Source: Chromera velia
Taxonomy: Eukaryota
Reading direction: 5' to 3'
NCBI GenBank assembly: GCA_018398765.1
Contig: JAHBMJ010000101.1
Location: forward strand, 1-64,000
DNA length: 64,000 bases
Shown here one piece after another: positions 1 through 12,019 of the stretch. The first letter of the stretch is position 1, and the number at the start of each line of letters is the position of its first letter. The notes under the pieces are model-generated. The model did no database searches, was not told the origin of the DNA, and saw only the letters and a program-made list of their open reading frames with translations. Both the position numbers and the translations under genes were made by a program.

Positions 1-3000
1 GGAAGCACTGGACCTCCACTTCTCTCATGTCTACGTTCCCTGTTTCACATTGGACAGCAACCTCGTCCCTCTGAGGGTCTACCTGCAGTGATGCATCCTC
101 AGTCTCTCTCTCCTGCACACCCTCGGTTTGCACACACGCTTCCTCTCTCTCCTCCCCCCACTGCACACCCAACTCCTCGCTTTCCGTCTTCTGCACACAC
201 TGCACCTCTGCATCTTGATAAACACACACAGGGGGCTCCTTCTCCTCTTCCGAAATCGACTGGGTCCCCTCAGTACCGCTACTCCTCACCAACGAATTCG
301 TCAGACCTAGGTGTCCGTACAACCTGGTCTCCTCCGCTTCCTCTTCCTCGTCAACAGTCTGGTCGAGACTCTGACTCAGGCTCTGACTCTCTCTGACTGT
401 TGCCAGGGCAGACGCACCCGCGCGATGAACAAGGAATCCAGAAAGGACCGCGGCAAACGCGCGACGGTCCTTCTCGGCTTTCTCTGCCTGCATGACAAAG
501 GAGGCCATCTCGGCCTGTGCCAGAGACGTGCGACGTTCGTTGTCTCTTTTCGCATACAGGAGGGAGGTCTCAAGAGATGCGGCGGAGGCCTTGGCGGCAG
601 CCAGCTCGGATCTGTCCCTTGCTGCTGCTGCTCGCGTCAGGGCCAGTTGCTGTAACAGACTGGACGCCCGCTCTTCTGCAGACGCTGCTTGTTTCTCTAG
701 GAGCTTGTGCTTTTCCATGGCAACGCTCAGCTCTTTGCGTGCGTCAGAGAGATGCTTTGAGAGGTTCTCTCGTTTTTCTCTGAAGTTCTCTGCTGCCTCC
801 TCCACTGCAATCGTGTTACACGCAGAGGCCAACATTGTCTCGGCAGCCAGGGAAGCAAGGAGGGTGGCACGCTCATCTGCTTCTACCTTGCTGACTTTGG
901 CTGACAACTCATCTAAATGGCTGAGCCGCAACGCCTGGATTTCCTCCTCTGCTGCCTTGTGTGCCTTCACAAGGTTTGCCTGCAACACACGACAGCGACT
1001 CTCACTTGCCTCCTGCTTCTTCCTCATTTCCTCCAATTCCGCCTTAAGCCTTGCGGCATCTCCTCTAATCTCCTCAAGTGCCTTTCTCTTCTTCTCCTCC
1101 TCTGCTCTTGTGGCCTTTGTGAGGGTAGAGTCCCTGCGTGCCTGTTCTTCGGAGAGACGGGCACGGGCACGGAGGTGGAAATTTTGGGCGGAAAGGTCCG
1201 CAATTGCCTCTTGTTTGGACTGCAGATCCACCTTCAGACTTGCCATCTGACTGTCTAACTCTCGCTTTGCTGCCTGGAGATTCAGATTCTTCCGCACCTC
1301 TCTCGCCCTCGTCGATTCATGCCACCCGATTTCTCTCTTTAATTCCTCAATCTCCCCTCTCAACTGTTCTTTCTTTCTCCAACAGTCAAGAGGGGCAGGA
1401 CATTCCGCACAACTATTCGCAAGAACAGTGGATGTGGCAGCAGAGGCAGCAGAGACTGACAGTGCGTTCGGAGCAGCAAGGCTTTTGATATTGGGCTGCT
1501 TTGGGAGAGTTTTGGAACGGGCGTGTCGCCTGGTCGGGGCAGCAGAGCTGGACCGGGCAGGGGGGGAGGCGGGAGCGGGTGGTAGGGAGGCAAGACGTAC
1601 TGATGCTTCCCTGAACTTCCTTTCCAATTCTTTCCTTTCTTCGGCCAAACGCTCGCATTCTTTCTTTGCTTCTGAAAGACTTTCTTCCGCATCTCTGGAG
1701 ACTTTCTGCAAGTCACTCATCTGCGCTTCTAAACGTTTTGTTTCTGCGCGTGCAAGCTGCTCTTTCTTATTGGTTGCCCTCTCTTTATCTTCCAATTCCT
1801 CTTTTTGCCGCTCTGCATCTGCTGCTCTCTCCTCTGCTGCTTGCAGCTGTTCATGCAAAGCTGCCAGCTGCTTTCTTAGCTCGGCATCTGTCTCTCTCTC
1901 TTTTGAACTCTCCGCCTTCTTCTTCTCCTTCTCCTCCTGCGCACTGAGACGCGAATCTCCTAAGGCTTCCAACAGGGCTGTCATCGCCGTCTCCCTCTCT
2001 GCTGCTACACGTAAGTCCTCTTCTAGAGAAAGGGTTCTCTTCTGCTGTTCTGCAATCTGTTTCTCTTTCTCTTCAAGGGATTTCTCCAATTCCTCTATCC
2101 GGTCAAACAGCTTGCCTCGTTCAGAAAGCAGGGCGGCGCCGTGGCGTTGCGTTAGCGCAGGGGCGGGACTGGAGGGAGCGGAAGGAATGGAAATGGGGAG
2201 ACGGACTTTCACTGGACTGCTGTGCTCACCTCTCTCTCGTTCTCCCGTCTCTCCGTCTCCTTCTCTTCTCTCTTGCTCTAACTCCGACGCCAAGTCCCGT
2301 CCCACGTCCACACTCACAGAGGGGACCCCACTCTCTACCTCCATTTCCGGAGATGTCCCCGTCTCCTCTGCCCCCGTCTCTCTCTGCCTATCCACCTGCT
2401 GTATGTGTCCAAAGGGGGAGCTGAGGTGAGTGTCACCTTCTCGGGATATGAAGGGGGGGGAAGAGGTGGCTGTGGTCATGGTCACATCGCCCCCCCTGGC
2501 TCCTGGCAATCCGATTTGACTCCGTCTTCTGAAACTGGTGGTGGCATCATCTTCGGCAGCTTGCTGCAATGCGCTCTGGAGACTGTCTATTTTCTGGTGG
2601 CAGCCTACGTTCTCCTGCATCAGTGCGTGTGTCTCCTGTTGGAGAGCAAAGAGTCGGGAAGAACGCTTAGACAATGCGTCTCGAAGGTTAGTGCCTTCTT
2701 TGACTGCCTTGGCAAGATCGGACTCTAACCGAGCTATCCTCTGTAACAATTCCTCCTTTTCCTGGGACTCCCACGCCGTCTTGTTGGTGTCTTTCTGACT
2801 CTCTTTCGACGCTTCTGACGGTAGGGGCAACAGTGTTGTCTGTGCTTCTTCCTCTTCCTCCCTTGTTCGGTGGGTTTGGTCTCCCTGTCTTCCTCTACTA
2901 GAGAGGGGAACCCTCGGACTAATGCTGAGCACCCTTCGCTCTGCCGTCTTGGCACGTGTGAGTGCGGCGTCTAGGTCGGTCTCTAATTCCTGCAACTGGC

Positions 3001-3778
3001 TTTGAAGAGAGTGCACCTTCTCGTTTCTTTTTGACAACTCTTCACGTAGAGCATCCCGGTCTCTTTGCACTGAAAGTAACTCGGCCTCTACTCGTGCGAG
3101 CTCAGAGGAGAGCTCAGAGACCTGTGCCTCCTTCCTTCTGATTGCTTGGGATTTGGACTGGAGTTGGTCTGCCACACTGGAAGATTCAGAAGGTTGGGTG
3201 TGCAGTCTTCTGCCCCTCCCGTCTCTCTCCCCTCGTGCCGCGGGGGGCTGGTCCCTCTCTCTTTCCCTCATTTCCTCCAACTGCCTCTCTGCCTCCTTCC
3301 TTCCTTCCCTCTCCTTCTCCAACGAAATTCGAAGGGACACAAGCTCAGAAGAGGAATCTACACTGTCCCTCTCCCCACCCCTGCTGTGGGTTATGAACAC
3401 ACTCCCAGTGCTCTCTCTCGCCATGGCAAGGGATGCTCTTTGAGGCAGGCGGGAGGCGAAGGTCTCAATCTCCGCTGTGCTTCTTCTCGCAGTTGCCATA
3501 AACTTGTTCATAAACGTCTGCATATCATCCACCCTCGACGCCGCCACAAAGGCCTTTTCGGCCCTAGAAAGGACTTCAGAAGTCAGTGACTGCGCCTGTT
3601 CCACCTGACTCTGCAGGTCTTCCAGAAACTTCCGAAGACCCGCGTCTGCCTCTGCGTCCATGCGCTTAGCCACTGCGGCCTGAATGCCCTGCATCTGTCG
3701 CCTCAGAGCATCTGCCTGCGCTTCCTCCACGGACTGCCTCAGGCTGGGCACGGACTGGCCCAGCGCCTGCAGTTGCAT
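1..3778 (-). CDS. Large E/K/R/Q-rich coiled-coil protein, partial (runs off the window start; >1,250 codons in one exon)
   Basis: The minus-strand frame starts MQLQALGQSVPSLRQSVEEAQADALRRQMQGIQAAVAKRMDAEADAGLRKFLEDLQSQVE. No ORF in this frame appears in the track, consistent with no stop before position 1. The Ser/Ala/Leu-rich + strand ORFs (492, 1428, 2538, 3153) are its antisense shadows. The true start may be a small upstream exon spliced to the TGCAG acceptor at 3767-3772. Confidence 0.8.
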   Translation of the reverse strand, partial: MQLQALGQSVPSLRQSVEEAQADALRRQMQGIQAAVAKRMDAEADAGLRKFLEDLQSQVEQAQSLTSEVLSRAEKAFVAASRVDDMQTFMNKFMATARRSTAEIETFASRLPQRASLAMARESTGSVFITHSRGGERDSVDSSSELVSLRISLEKEREGRKEAERQLEEMRERERDQPPAARGERDGRGRRLHTQPSESSSVADQLQSKSQAIRRKEAQVSELSSELARVEAELLSVQRDRDALREELSKRNEKVHSLQSQLQELETDLDAALTRAKTAERRVLSISPRVPLSSRGRQGDQTHRTREEEEEAQTTLLPLPSEASKESQKDTNKTAWESQEKEELLQRIARLESDLAKAVKEGTNLRDALSKRSSRLFALQQETHALMQENVGCHQKIDSLQSALQQAAEDDATTSFRRRSQIGLPGARGGDVTMTTATSSPPFISREGDTHLSSPFGHIQQVDRQRETGAEETGTSPEMEVESGVPSVSVDVGRDLASELEQERREGDGETGERERGEHSSPVKVRLPISIPSAPSSPAPALTQRHGAALLSERGKLFDRIEELEKSLEEKEKQIAEQQKRTLSLEEDLRVAAERETAMTALLEALGDSRLSAQEEKEKKKAESSKERETDAELRKQLAALHEQLQAAEERAADAERQKEELEDKERATNKKEQLARAETKRLEAQMSDLQKVSRDAEESLSEAKKECERLAEERKELERKFREASVRLASLPPAPASPPARSSSAAPTRRHARSKTLPKQPNIKSLAAPNALSVSAASAATSTVLANSCAECPAPLDCWRKKEQLRGEIEELKREIGWHESTRAREVRKNLNLQAAKRELDSQMASLKVDLQSKQEAIADLSAQNFHLRARARLSEEQARRDSTLTKATRAEEEKKRKALEEIRGDAARLKAELEEMRKKQEASESRCRVLQANLVKAHKAAEEEIQALRLSHLDELSAKVSKVEADERATLLASLAAETMLASACNTIAVEEAAENFREKRENLSKHLSDARKELSVAMEKHKLLEKQAASAEERASSLLQQLALTRAAAARDRSELAAAKASAASLETSLLYAKRDNERRTSLAQAEMASFVMQAEKAEKDRRAFAAVLSGFLVHRAGASALATVRESQSLSQSLDQTVDEEEEAEETRLYGHLGLTNSLVRSSGTEGTQSISEEEKEPPVCVYQDAEVQCVQKTESEELGVQWGEEREEACVQTEGVQERETEDASLQVDPQRDEVAVQCETGNVDMREVEVQCF

Positions 3779-3959
3779 GCATGAAGACAGAAAGGGCGTT
3801 TGTTGATACAGACAGAATGTGCAGGAATGAAGAGGCCGACCTATTAATTGACCACTTCTCCACTGCTCATGGTGAGTCCGTCTACTCAGGCTCACTGCTG
3901 ATGCCCAGCAGCTCGATTCTTGACTTGATCATCTGGACCTTGGTTGACCTTCATGTGGT

Positions 3960-4270
3960 ATATAAGTGTGAGTCATGCATGCTTTGAAATCTCATGTCTA
4001 TTCGGTGACGCGTGTCCACACACGGATTCTTCGGACCGGAACGGGCGAGTGTCCGTCTAAAAAGTGCAAAATGGGAACAGAGTGCACAGATGCGCACGTT
4101 GGACAGCGAAACAAACGCCAGACTTGCATGGGCGCCTTCAACCTTCTGTCCCCCCTTAATTGGCTGCATGGGATGTTGGCTCTGTATCGATCCTGCATGT
4201 AAATTCTTGCATGCGTGCATGACCTGCGGATCGATTGGCGCGCGCGTACCGCGCGCCCCTTCACCCTGCC
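3960..4270. promoter_or_regulatory. Putative bidirectional promoter with a TGCATG motif cluster and a GC-rich GGCGCGCGCGTACCGCGCGCC element
   Basis: Lies between divergent genes (3778 minus, 4675 plus). Several TGCATG copies occur at ~3976, 4126, 4166, 4194, 4208 and 4216; TGCATGCA is a known ApiAP2-bound motif in apicomplexans. Function is inferred. Confidence 0.4.
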
Positions 4271-4674
4271 CGACATCATCTCAATTTTTGTTACCAAAAT
4301 TAAATTTTTGCTTAAATTATATATAATTGATTCGGCCAGTGCTACGGGTGCGTAATCAATTAGGACACGCTTCAGAGCTCTGTACAGCCGTAACACAGTT
4401 ACACGAAAGAGATTCAGAGTAGTGGTGCTTTATGGCGCTCAGCGGCGTTTGATGAGCAGCAGTCTACTCGGTGGGTGCAGAATCACTCAGAGACGGCTCC
4501 CTCGAAATGTTCGTCTCCATCGCGGCAGTGTGCCCCCAAATCAGTTCCAATTATTCGTCGCGTGTGTTCGCTCTCCACCTGGCACCAGTTGTGTTGCACC
4601 CCTTGCCCCACCCCTTGGGTTCAGGGTGAAGCACTCAGACAGAGGGCGACGACGACCGAAAGAGCTCTGCCACG

Positions 4675-6387
4675 ATGTCCCGTCTCCTCAAATGGCGTCT
4701 CCTCCCCTCATCTGCCCACCCCTCTCAGCCCCAGCCCTGTCAGAGACGGGCCTTCTCCCTGTCCGCTTCTGCATTAGGTGCCAACCCGGCCACTGCCGCC
4801 TTCTCTTCTTCTAGCACTTTGGGTTCAGATCATGTGAGCGCCTTTCACGTCCCCTCTGCAACAGGGCTTGCTTCTTTCCATCCGTCTCCTCCGGTCCTCT
4901 CCCACACCGCTGCTGCCCATCAGCAGGGAGATGCAGAGAGAGATGCCTCAGAAGGGGCCCCTGGCCTCGGGTTCAGTCTCCCCGCTGGAAGACTACGGAG
5001 GGTGCAGGATAAAGTTACGCACGCACAGACAAGGACCAGCGGGTTGAGAGATTGGCGGACGGGACTGTACAGAGAGAGTACACTATTGGAAAGGGAAAGG
5101 GAAAGCGTTGACCCCGGAAAGCAGGCATTGCGTCAACTGCTGGACCTCTTGAGGGGAAAGTCGGCCTCGCACCACCTGTCTGATCTCGCGTCCCGTGAAC
5201 AGTTGGAGAATTTATTGGAATTTGTGGCTGCGAATTCGTCGAATTTAGATGCCCACGAGGTGTCCCTTGTGTGTCAACAGTATGCAAAGTTGGAGAATGG
5301 AGACGGCATTGTGTTGCACAAACTTCTGCTGAGGGCGTCTGAGGTTGCGCCCTCCATGAGCGTCGGAGACCTTGCGCAGATTCTTCGTGTATGTGCGGGA
5401 GCAGACGTTTTCTTTGAGCCTTTCGTCGTGGCCGCGTGTGAACGGCTGGCCACTGTCTCGGCAGACATGAGGGCATGGGAGTTGGCGGCCGTCGTTCTGG
5501 CACTAGGCAAACTAATGCCCCGTCTCCCTCCTAGTCTAGAGGCATCTCTGTTCACCTCCCTTTCCAGAGCGGCACTCAGGGTTAATATTACTGATGCAGT
5601 TGCCACTCAGGTCCTAAATGGGTTCTCTAAGCTAAGGTTGAGAGACGAAGAGGTGCTCTCTCGTGTGGGGTCTCATCTTGCGTTCTGCTTCAAGAAAGGG
5701 AGGCTGAACGTGAACCTGGGGGCCTTGGCATTGTCTCACATGGCACGTTTGGACTTCTTTCATGGGCCCTTCGTTGTGTCCGTCTCCAGGTCTCTTTTCA
5801 TGCAGGTGGGTTGGTCTGCTGCTTCGATCTCATTCTGCTTTGTGGGGCGGTGCTGGGGGGGGTCTGTGGGACACAAACAAAAGGCAACAGACAAGAAAAA
5901 AGTTTGAAGTAAACCTGACCATTCTGTTTCCTCTGATTGAAAACGGGAGTGTCTGACTTTTTTGACTGCACTAAGCCCGCTCCAACGCTTTCTTCCGAAC
6001 ATTTACTCTCAAGCTCTGAACCCCCCCCCCCTCCTGTGTCTGTTTCCATGTATGTGTATGCGTGCAGGCGATGACAAAAGACATGAACGGTCCCTCTGCA
6101 CAACAACTGCTGGGAACACTGGCGAGATTCCGTGATCGGGAGGAGGTCGTGAGTCTCATGGAGACACCGTCAAAGGACAACATCCTTAAGTCAGTTGGTT
6201 CACATTCGCGGCCTTTTCCTTCCTTCCTTCCTTCCTTCCTTCCTTGCTTGCTTCCTTCCTTCCTTTCTTTCTTTCTTTCTTTCTTTCTTTCTGTCTTTCT
6301 TTCTTTTTTTCCGTTTTTCCTTTTTTTTCTTTCTTCCTCTCTCCCTTTCTTTCTTTCTTTCTTTCTTTGTTTGCTTCTTTCTTTGCT

Positions 6388-6418
<31 letters not shown>

Positions 6419-6421
6419 GCT

Positions 6422-6473
<52 letters not shown>

Positions 6474-6479
6474 TGCTTT

Positions 6480-6520
<41 letters not shown>

Positions 6521-6567
6521 CTTTGCTTTTTTCTCTCTCTCTTTCTTTCTTTGCTTCTTTCTTTGCT

Positions 6568-6599
<32 letters not shown>

Positions 6600-6600
6600 T

Positions 6601-6635
<35 letters not shown>

Positions 6636-9043
6636 CTTTCCCTTGTTTCCTTTCCTGTTTCTGCTGATCTCCCTCTGCTACCATTCTTCAATTTTTCTTT
6701 CGTCGTTATTTCGTCTCTCACTCAGTCCCCCTTTCCTCCCTGCTATCGTGTGGCTCTCTTTTCCTCTTTCGTTTTTGTCTTCATTTCTCCCCATCCCGTT
6801 CCGAATTATTATTTGCCCCCCGTGCAGGTGGCTCTCGAGCGATGCCGCCCTCGAAACCACCACAGGAACTCAAGCTGCTCTCATCCTCAGTGCACTCGGA
6901 AAACTTCGGGTATACGGGGGGATTGTTTTTCTTCTTTCTTTTTGTGTTGGTTATGTTCTTACATACAAATAAAAACTTTCTCGTGGTTCCTTTTCCTGAG
7001 TGGCTTGGTCCATTTTTCTTGACTGAATCCGGATGGAATGTCTCGCGCGGGTCCGATAGTCGAATGGCTAGAAGGTTGAAGGACCAGTTTTTCCTCTTTT
7101 TTTGCCTGCGGTTTTCTGCTTTCTCCTTTAAGCTTGACAATCCTCAGTCCGTACATTCAGTCAGTCAGTCAGTCAGTCAGTCAGTCAGTCAGTCAGTCAG
7201 TCCAAGCAGTCAAGCAGTCAAGCAGTCAGGCAGGCAGTCAGTCAAGCAGTCAGTCAGTCAGTCAGTCAAGCAGTCAAGCAGTCAAGCAGTCAGGCACGCA
7301 GTCAGTCAAGCAGTCAGGCAGTCAGGCAGTCAGTCAGTCAGTCAGTCAGTCAAGCAGTCAGTTAGTCCGTCAGTCAGTCAGGCAGTCACTCAGTCGCTCT
7401 GTGTGCATTCTCTCTCTCTCTCACTCTCTCTCTCTCTTAGTTTCCTTCTGTGGCCTGGGTAACCCCCCTCTCCCGCCGGCCGAGCTGTGTGATTTGCAGC
7501 TGAGGAACAAAAGGACCATCGAAAATTTGCTGTTAATCCTCACCGGAGCGTCTCCTGTCAAGTGCAAAATGGACAAAGACAACGAAAAGAGTGTAGGGAC
7601 CGTCCTGGCGCCCTCTTCCCCCTCCGCCCCCTCTCCATCATCTTCACAATTGTCACAGGAGGCTCTGTTCAGCCCCTTTGGGTTTGTGGAGGTCTGTCTT
7701 GTCTGTCTGTTGTTCGGTTAGCTGAAACGACAATCACTCCAGAATGCCCCCCCCCCACTTAATTGAGAGGGGCTTGTTGTCCCTCCATCCCAACTCCATC
7801 CATCCTATGCTCGTTTCCTTCTCTCCGTATGCTCTCTCTCTTTCTCCCTCTCTCTCTTTCCGAAATTCTTTCTCTCTCTCACTGTGTCCCTCTCTCTCTG
7901 CATGTCTGCGGGTGTGTGTGCTGACTGTTCTCTGTCACTTGAAGGTGACCGGTCTCGCCCCCCCAGAGGCATCACCAACAGAGTTTCTACGCAAATTGGT
8001 CCCTCCCAACGTTGGCATGTTGCATGATGGAGAGATGAGATGATCGGTTTGGTTCTTCTCAAAAGGTCTCAGGGCCTCTCGGAGGCACCTTGCTTGAGGA
8101 GAGTCGATGCGTAATAGAAACCTTTGTGTTGTTCGTTGTCTTGAACTTAATCGACTAGCGGTCTTTCCTCCCTCCCTCCCTCCCTGTCTGCCTGAGGGGC
8201 TGCCTGCAGATTCCTCCCTGCCCGTTTGACCTCCGTTCGTGCGAAGAGAGGCTGTGTGAGATCGACCTCGCACACCTCTGCCAGGCCGCAGAGGGCCTCG
8301 ATGACCTCTGCTTCTGGTCCCCTGCCTCCATGCATCTGCTCAGACTCGTCAGTCGATCGATCGATCAGTGGCCGCATTGGATTGGGTGGCCTGACTGCCT
8401 GGCTCCTTACTCCTTCCTTCCTTCCTTCCTTGCTTCCTTCCTTCCTTGCTTCCTTCCTTCCTTGCAAATCTATGAACAAGGCAAGAGAGGAGAGGAGAGG
8501 AGAGGAGAGCAATGAAGGAAGGAAGGGACAAAAAGGGGAGCGCACCATGCGAGCGAGCGAGAAAACAGAAACGAGGGATTCACGAACAGAGACAGGACGA
8601 GGACATGCGTCGATAAAGATTGGAGGTTTGCTGACGCGTGTGCTTGTTCAATAAAGTAGCGGAGAAGGAGCATAATTTTCTTTCTTTTCCAAAGATGTCC
8701 CTTAGCATGTTTCTGCTTTCAAAAGGGGTGCTGCTCCCCTGCTTTCTCGACTGTCGTTCCTTTTTTGCCTTTTCTCTTCTCCATTTCCTTTCACACATGC
8801 AGTTCGGAACAACACTTCATTGTGCTCCTTCCCAAGGTCTGCATTTGCCTGCATGCCCCGAATTTCTCTCTTCCCCCCCCCCTTCCTGTCTCTCCCCTTT
8901 TTGGTTCCAGATCCGCAAAAAGGTGTGCAGCTCTGTTCACGATCTGAAGGCCCTCCCTATTTTGTCCTTTGCCCTCTCCTTCAGGGATTGGACTTTCCTC
9001 GATTGGTCGGTCGGTCGGTCGGTCAGCTGGTTTTTCACAGTTC

Positions 9044-9076
<33 letters not shown>

Positions 9077-11031
9077 GTGTGTGTCCTCTTTGAAGTTTAA
9101 TTCCCTTCTCGGCTGGCTTGTGGGCCCGCCCGCAGGCTATCTCTCCTGGTCGTTTTCTTAGGCGGGAGGTTGCTCTGTTCTTAGAGTCTTTCTGTTGCTA
9201 GGCCTGGGGGTGTTCAGAAAGAACTCCAGATCGACCTGCAGAATGACAGACTGATGGATGGATGCACAGAAACGAAATCCGAAGTGCAGACAGTCACGTG
9301 ACCAAAGCTATTGATCTGTTGCTGCAGGGACTTTGAAGTGATTAATGTTCATCCGTTAATTCAGTCAAGTCATTCAGTCGTTATTCATTTCTTCAATTCA
9401 TCCGTTGACTGATTCGATCGATCATCAAGTCATTCATTCCTTCATGATCCATACCTTCCCCCTGCCTGCCTGCAGGGAGTTTCCCGACGACTTGGCAGAA
9501 GAAGAAGGAGACGGAGAAACACACCACGCGGCGGGAGGAGACGATCACGACTTGCCGCGACCCACCCCTGCTCTTATGGCTTTGACACGCTCTTCGGGAG
9601 GTGTGGAGAGGGGAGAGAAAGAAGCAGAAGAAGAAGAAGACGAAGACGAAGAGTCCGGGGACGAAGAAGGACAAGACGATGAGTTGGCAGGAGCCTTCGG
9701 ACAATCGGTAGCTCGGTTTTTGCATGGAGATGCACAGGTGAATCTGACAGGAGACGAGGAGCCTGGCGAGGAAAATTTGGATGAAGAAGCGACTGCTGAG
9801 GGGGTGTGGAGGATGGCAGAGGAGCTGCGAGAGAGTCTAGATGGTCAGATGGGGAGGGCAGTGATGGGCCGGAGCTTGTGGAAGGAGTCCCTTTTGTCGT
9901 CTGCAGTTGAGGGCATTCGGAGACATGAGGCCTGGATGCTCTCTTCGTGGCCTGGGGTCAGACGCGCAGCTGCTTTGCATTTGAGGTCGGTCGGTCGGTG
10001 TGACGGAGGCGGGCAGACAAGAATAAAGTACACAGAGAGAGAAAGGAGCGCATGCAGTAAGATGCTGATATCGATATGCGATATGCAGGCAGAGCGAGAC
10101 CCAAGTTTTCTTTTCTTCGCTTGAACGAAAGTGCATATGACACATGCTTTTCTTGTGCAGTCTCTTGTTGGGTCTCTGGGTGACTCCTGAGCACAACAGG
10201 AATGTGACGAGGCTGTTGAGGAGAGCGGTGCTGGAGGGGAAGGAGTGTCCATCTTTCGACGGGTCAGAGGGACAGAGAGAGGGGGCACTAGACGATTCTG
10301 TGTTGACGGCTTTTAGCTTCCACTTGCCTTCCGTAGCAGTGCACAGCCGCGAGGCCGCACTGGATCTGTTTGGTCATTTAGACGACAACAGAGACTCTGC
10401 AGCAGGAAGAGGAAGGGGCGTGACGGAGGGCGGGGGGAGGGTGAGGGAAGAGTCGTTGAGGCTTTGGGGTTTCGAGAAGGAGGAGCTTCGGGAGTTGGAG
10501 AGAGTGGGATTTCGTGTGGACTTCCAACGATCGCATTTGAATTTTGGCTCGGGTTTTCTGTCTGTGCCCCCCTCTGGGAGTGGAGAGGCGGATTCTACTC
10601 GCACGTGGCTGGGGGGGTGGGCTCTTGAGCATTGGCCCTATGGGTTTGCGGTCCCGTCTCTTCTACAAGGGGGGGGCAAAGGAGAAGGAGAGGCAGGGAG
10701 AGAATCTGATGGGACAGATCGAGGGGGGGGAAATTTAGGGTTGAAGGTGGATCGTGGTGTTCTTTCAGGACATCTGGATGCCTTTCTTTCTCGTATGGGA
10801 ACACGGTCGCGTGTGTCTGTGTGGAGTCGCGAAGTTGGACACGGGATCTGTAGGGAGAGGGCCAGGCAGAGAGATCTTGAGATGTATGGAGGGAAAGAGG
10901 GGGGGGGGGAAGAGGCGGAGAGAGAAGGGAGCGGAGAGGAAAATAGTGATTCGAATCCGGGAGTACTTTGCTCATTTGAAGAGATTGGTCGGTCGGTCGG
11001 TCCCTTTTGGGGGGAAGAAGTGGCCCTAACC

Positions 11032-11081
<50 letters not shown>

Positions 11082-12019
11082 GTGTGTCTGTGTGTATATA
11101 TATATATATGTGTGTGTGTGTGCCCATTACTGTGACCTATTTGTATGGTCTCGTTTGTTGGTCTTTTTAACAGTCTCCGTCGGTATGGTTTGCATTTTTT
11201 TGCCGCTGGATCGGTGTCCGCTTCCAATATGTATTTTCACGTGTCTTTTTTCGAACGTTCTTGGCGGCTGCGGCAGGGTGGGTGGTTCAGCATCATGGCA
11301 CGTTTCTTGGAATGACGAGCCTTCCTGCATTCATTAGCATTTAATTTCGCTGCATGTATGCAGGTGAGACAACATGGGGTTCCTCTGGAAAAATGGCATT
11401 AGCGCCCAGTGAGAGCGTGAGGGCACCTGAGGAGATCAGGTCTTCTTTGAGTGTTCGGGTGAGAGACCGGTCCTCTGGTGCCGTCTCCGTTGGGGGCATG
11501 GATGTGTGTCCTCTGTTTCTGTCCTGGAGGGGGGAAGAGGGGTCTTCAGATTTTTGTGGTTTGTCGGAGGATGGGGGAGGGGGAGGGGGAGAAGAAAGCG
11601 AGAAGGGAGGAAGTGTGGAGGGTCTGTCTGAAGAGGGGGCAGGACTGAGAAGAGATAATTTTAGACAGCAGGACAGTGCGGTGTTGTCTGAAGAATCCGA
11701 GCAGAGGGACGGATTGTCGTTTGTGTGCAATGCGGGGAATCATATGGGGGCTGGTGCGGTGATTGCCGTACAGAGGCGTGAGAACGAGGAGGGGAGTTTC
11801 AAAGAAGAAAATTTGCACAGAGGAGAAGCCACCGCAACGAGCATCTCGGCGATGCAACTGTTGTCCGATCCGGAGAGTAAAGTCACAAAGCCCCCTGTGT
11901 TTGTTTATGTAGACCCTCTGCTTGCTGGAACGTTCCGCGTCTCCTGTCTCATCGTTCCGTCAAATGAAGAAATCCGCTTACCGCATGTTGAGTTTCTCCG
12001 ATGGACTGGCATACAATGA
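4675..12019 (+). CDS. Heptatricopeptide-repeat (HPR/OPR-like) helical-repeat RNA-binding protein, probably mitochondrion-targeted; ~10 exons
   Basis: The N-terminus is R/S/L-rich and lacks acidic residues. Repeats show exact 37-aa spacing (LDAHEVSLVCQQYAKL / MSVGDLAQILRVCAGA / MRAWELAAVVLALGKL). Phase-consistent GT-AG exons: 4675-5805, 6068-6189, 6828-6909, 7500-7691, 7945-7998, 8210-8347, 8911-9005, 9476-9985, 10161-10987, 11364-12019. Confidence 0.75.
6215..6645. repeat. Intronic (TTTC)n/(TC)n pyrimidine microsatellite
   Basis: Directly visible; it generates the spurious F/L/S and K/E/R ORFs in the track. Confidence 0.95.
7145..7395. repeat. Intronic (CAGT)n/(CAAG)n compound microsatellite
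   Basis: Directly visible. Confidence 0.95.

Noticed and set aside
492..3443. Long + strand Ser/Ala/Leu-rich ORFs
   Set aside because: Antisense shadows of the minus-strand coiled-coil gene.
5971..7022. Long K/E/R-rich and F/L/S-rich ORFs on both strands
   Set aside because: Translations of an intronic (TTTC)n microsatellite.
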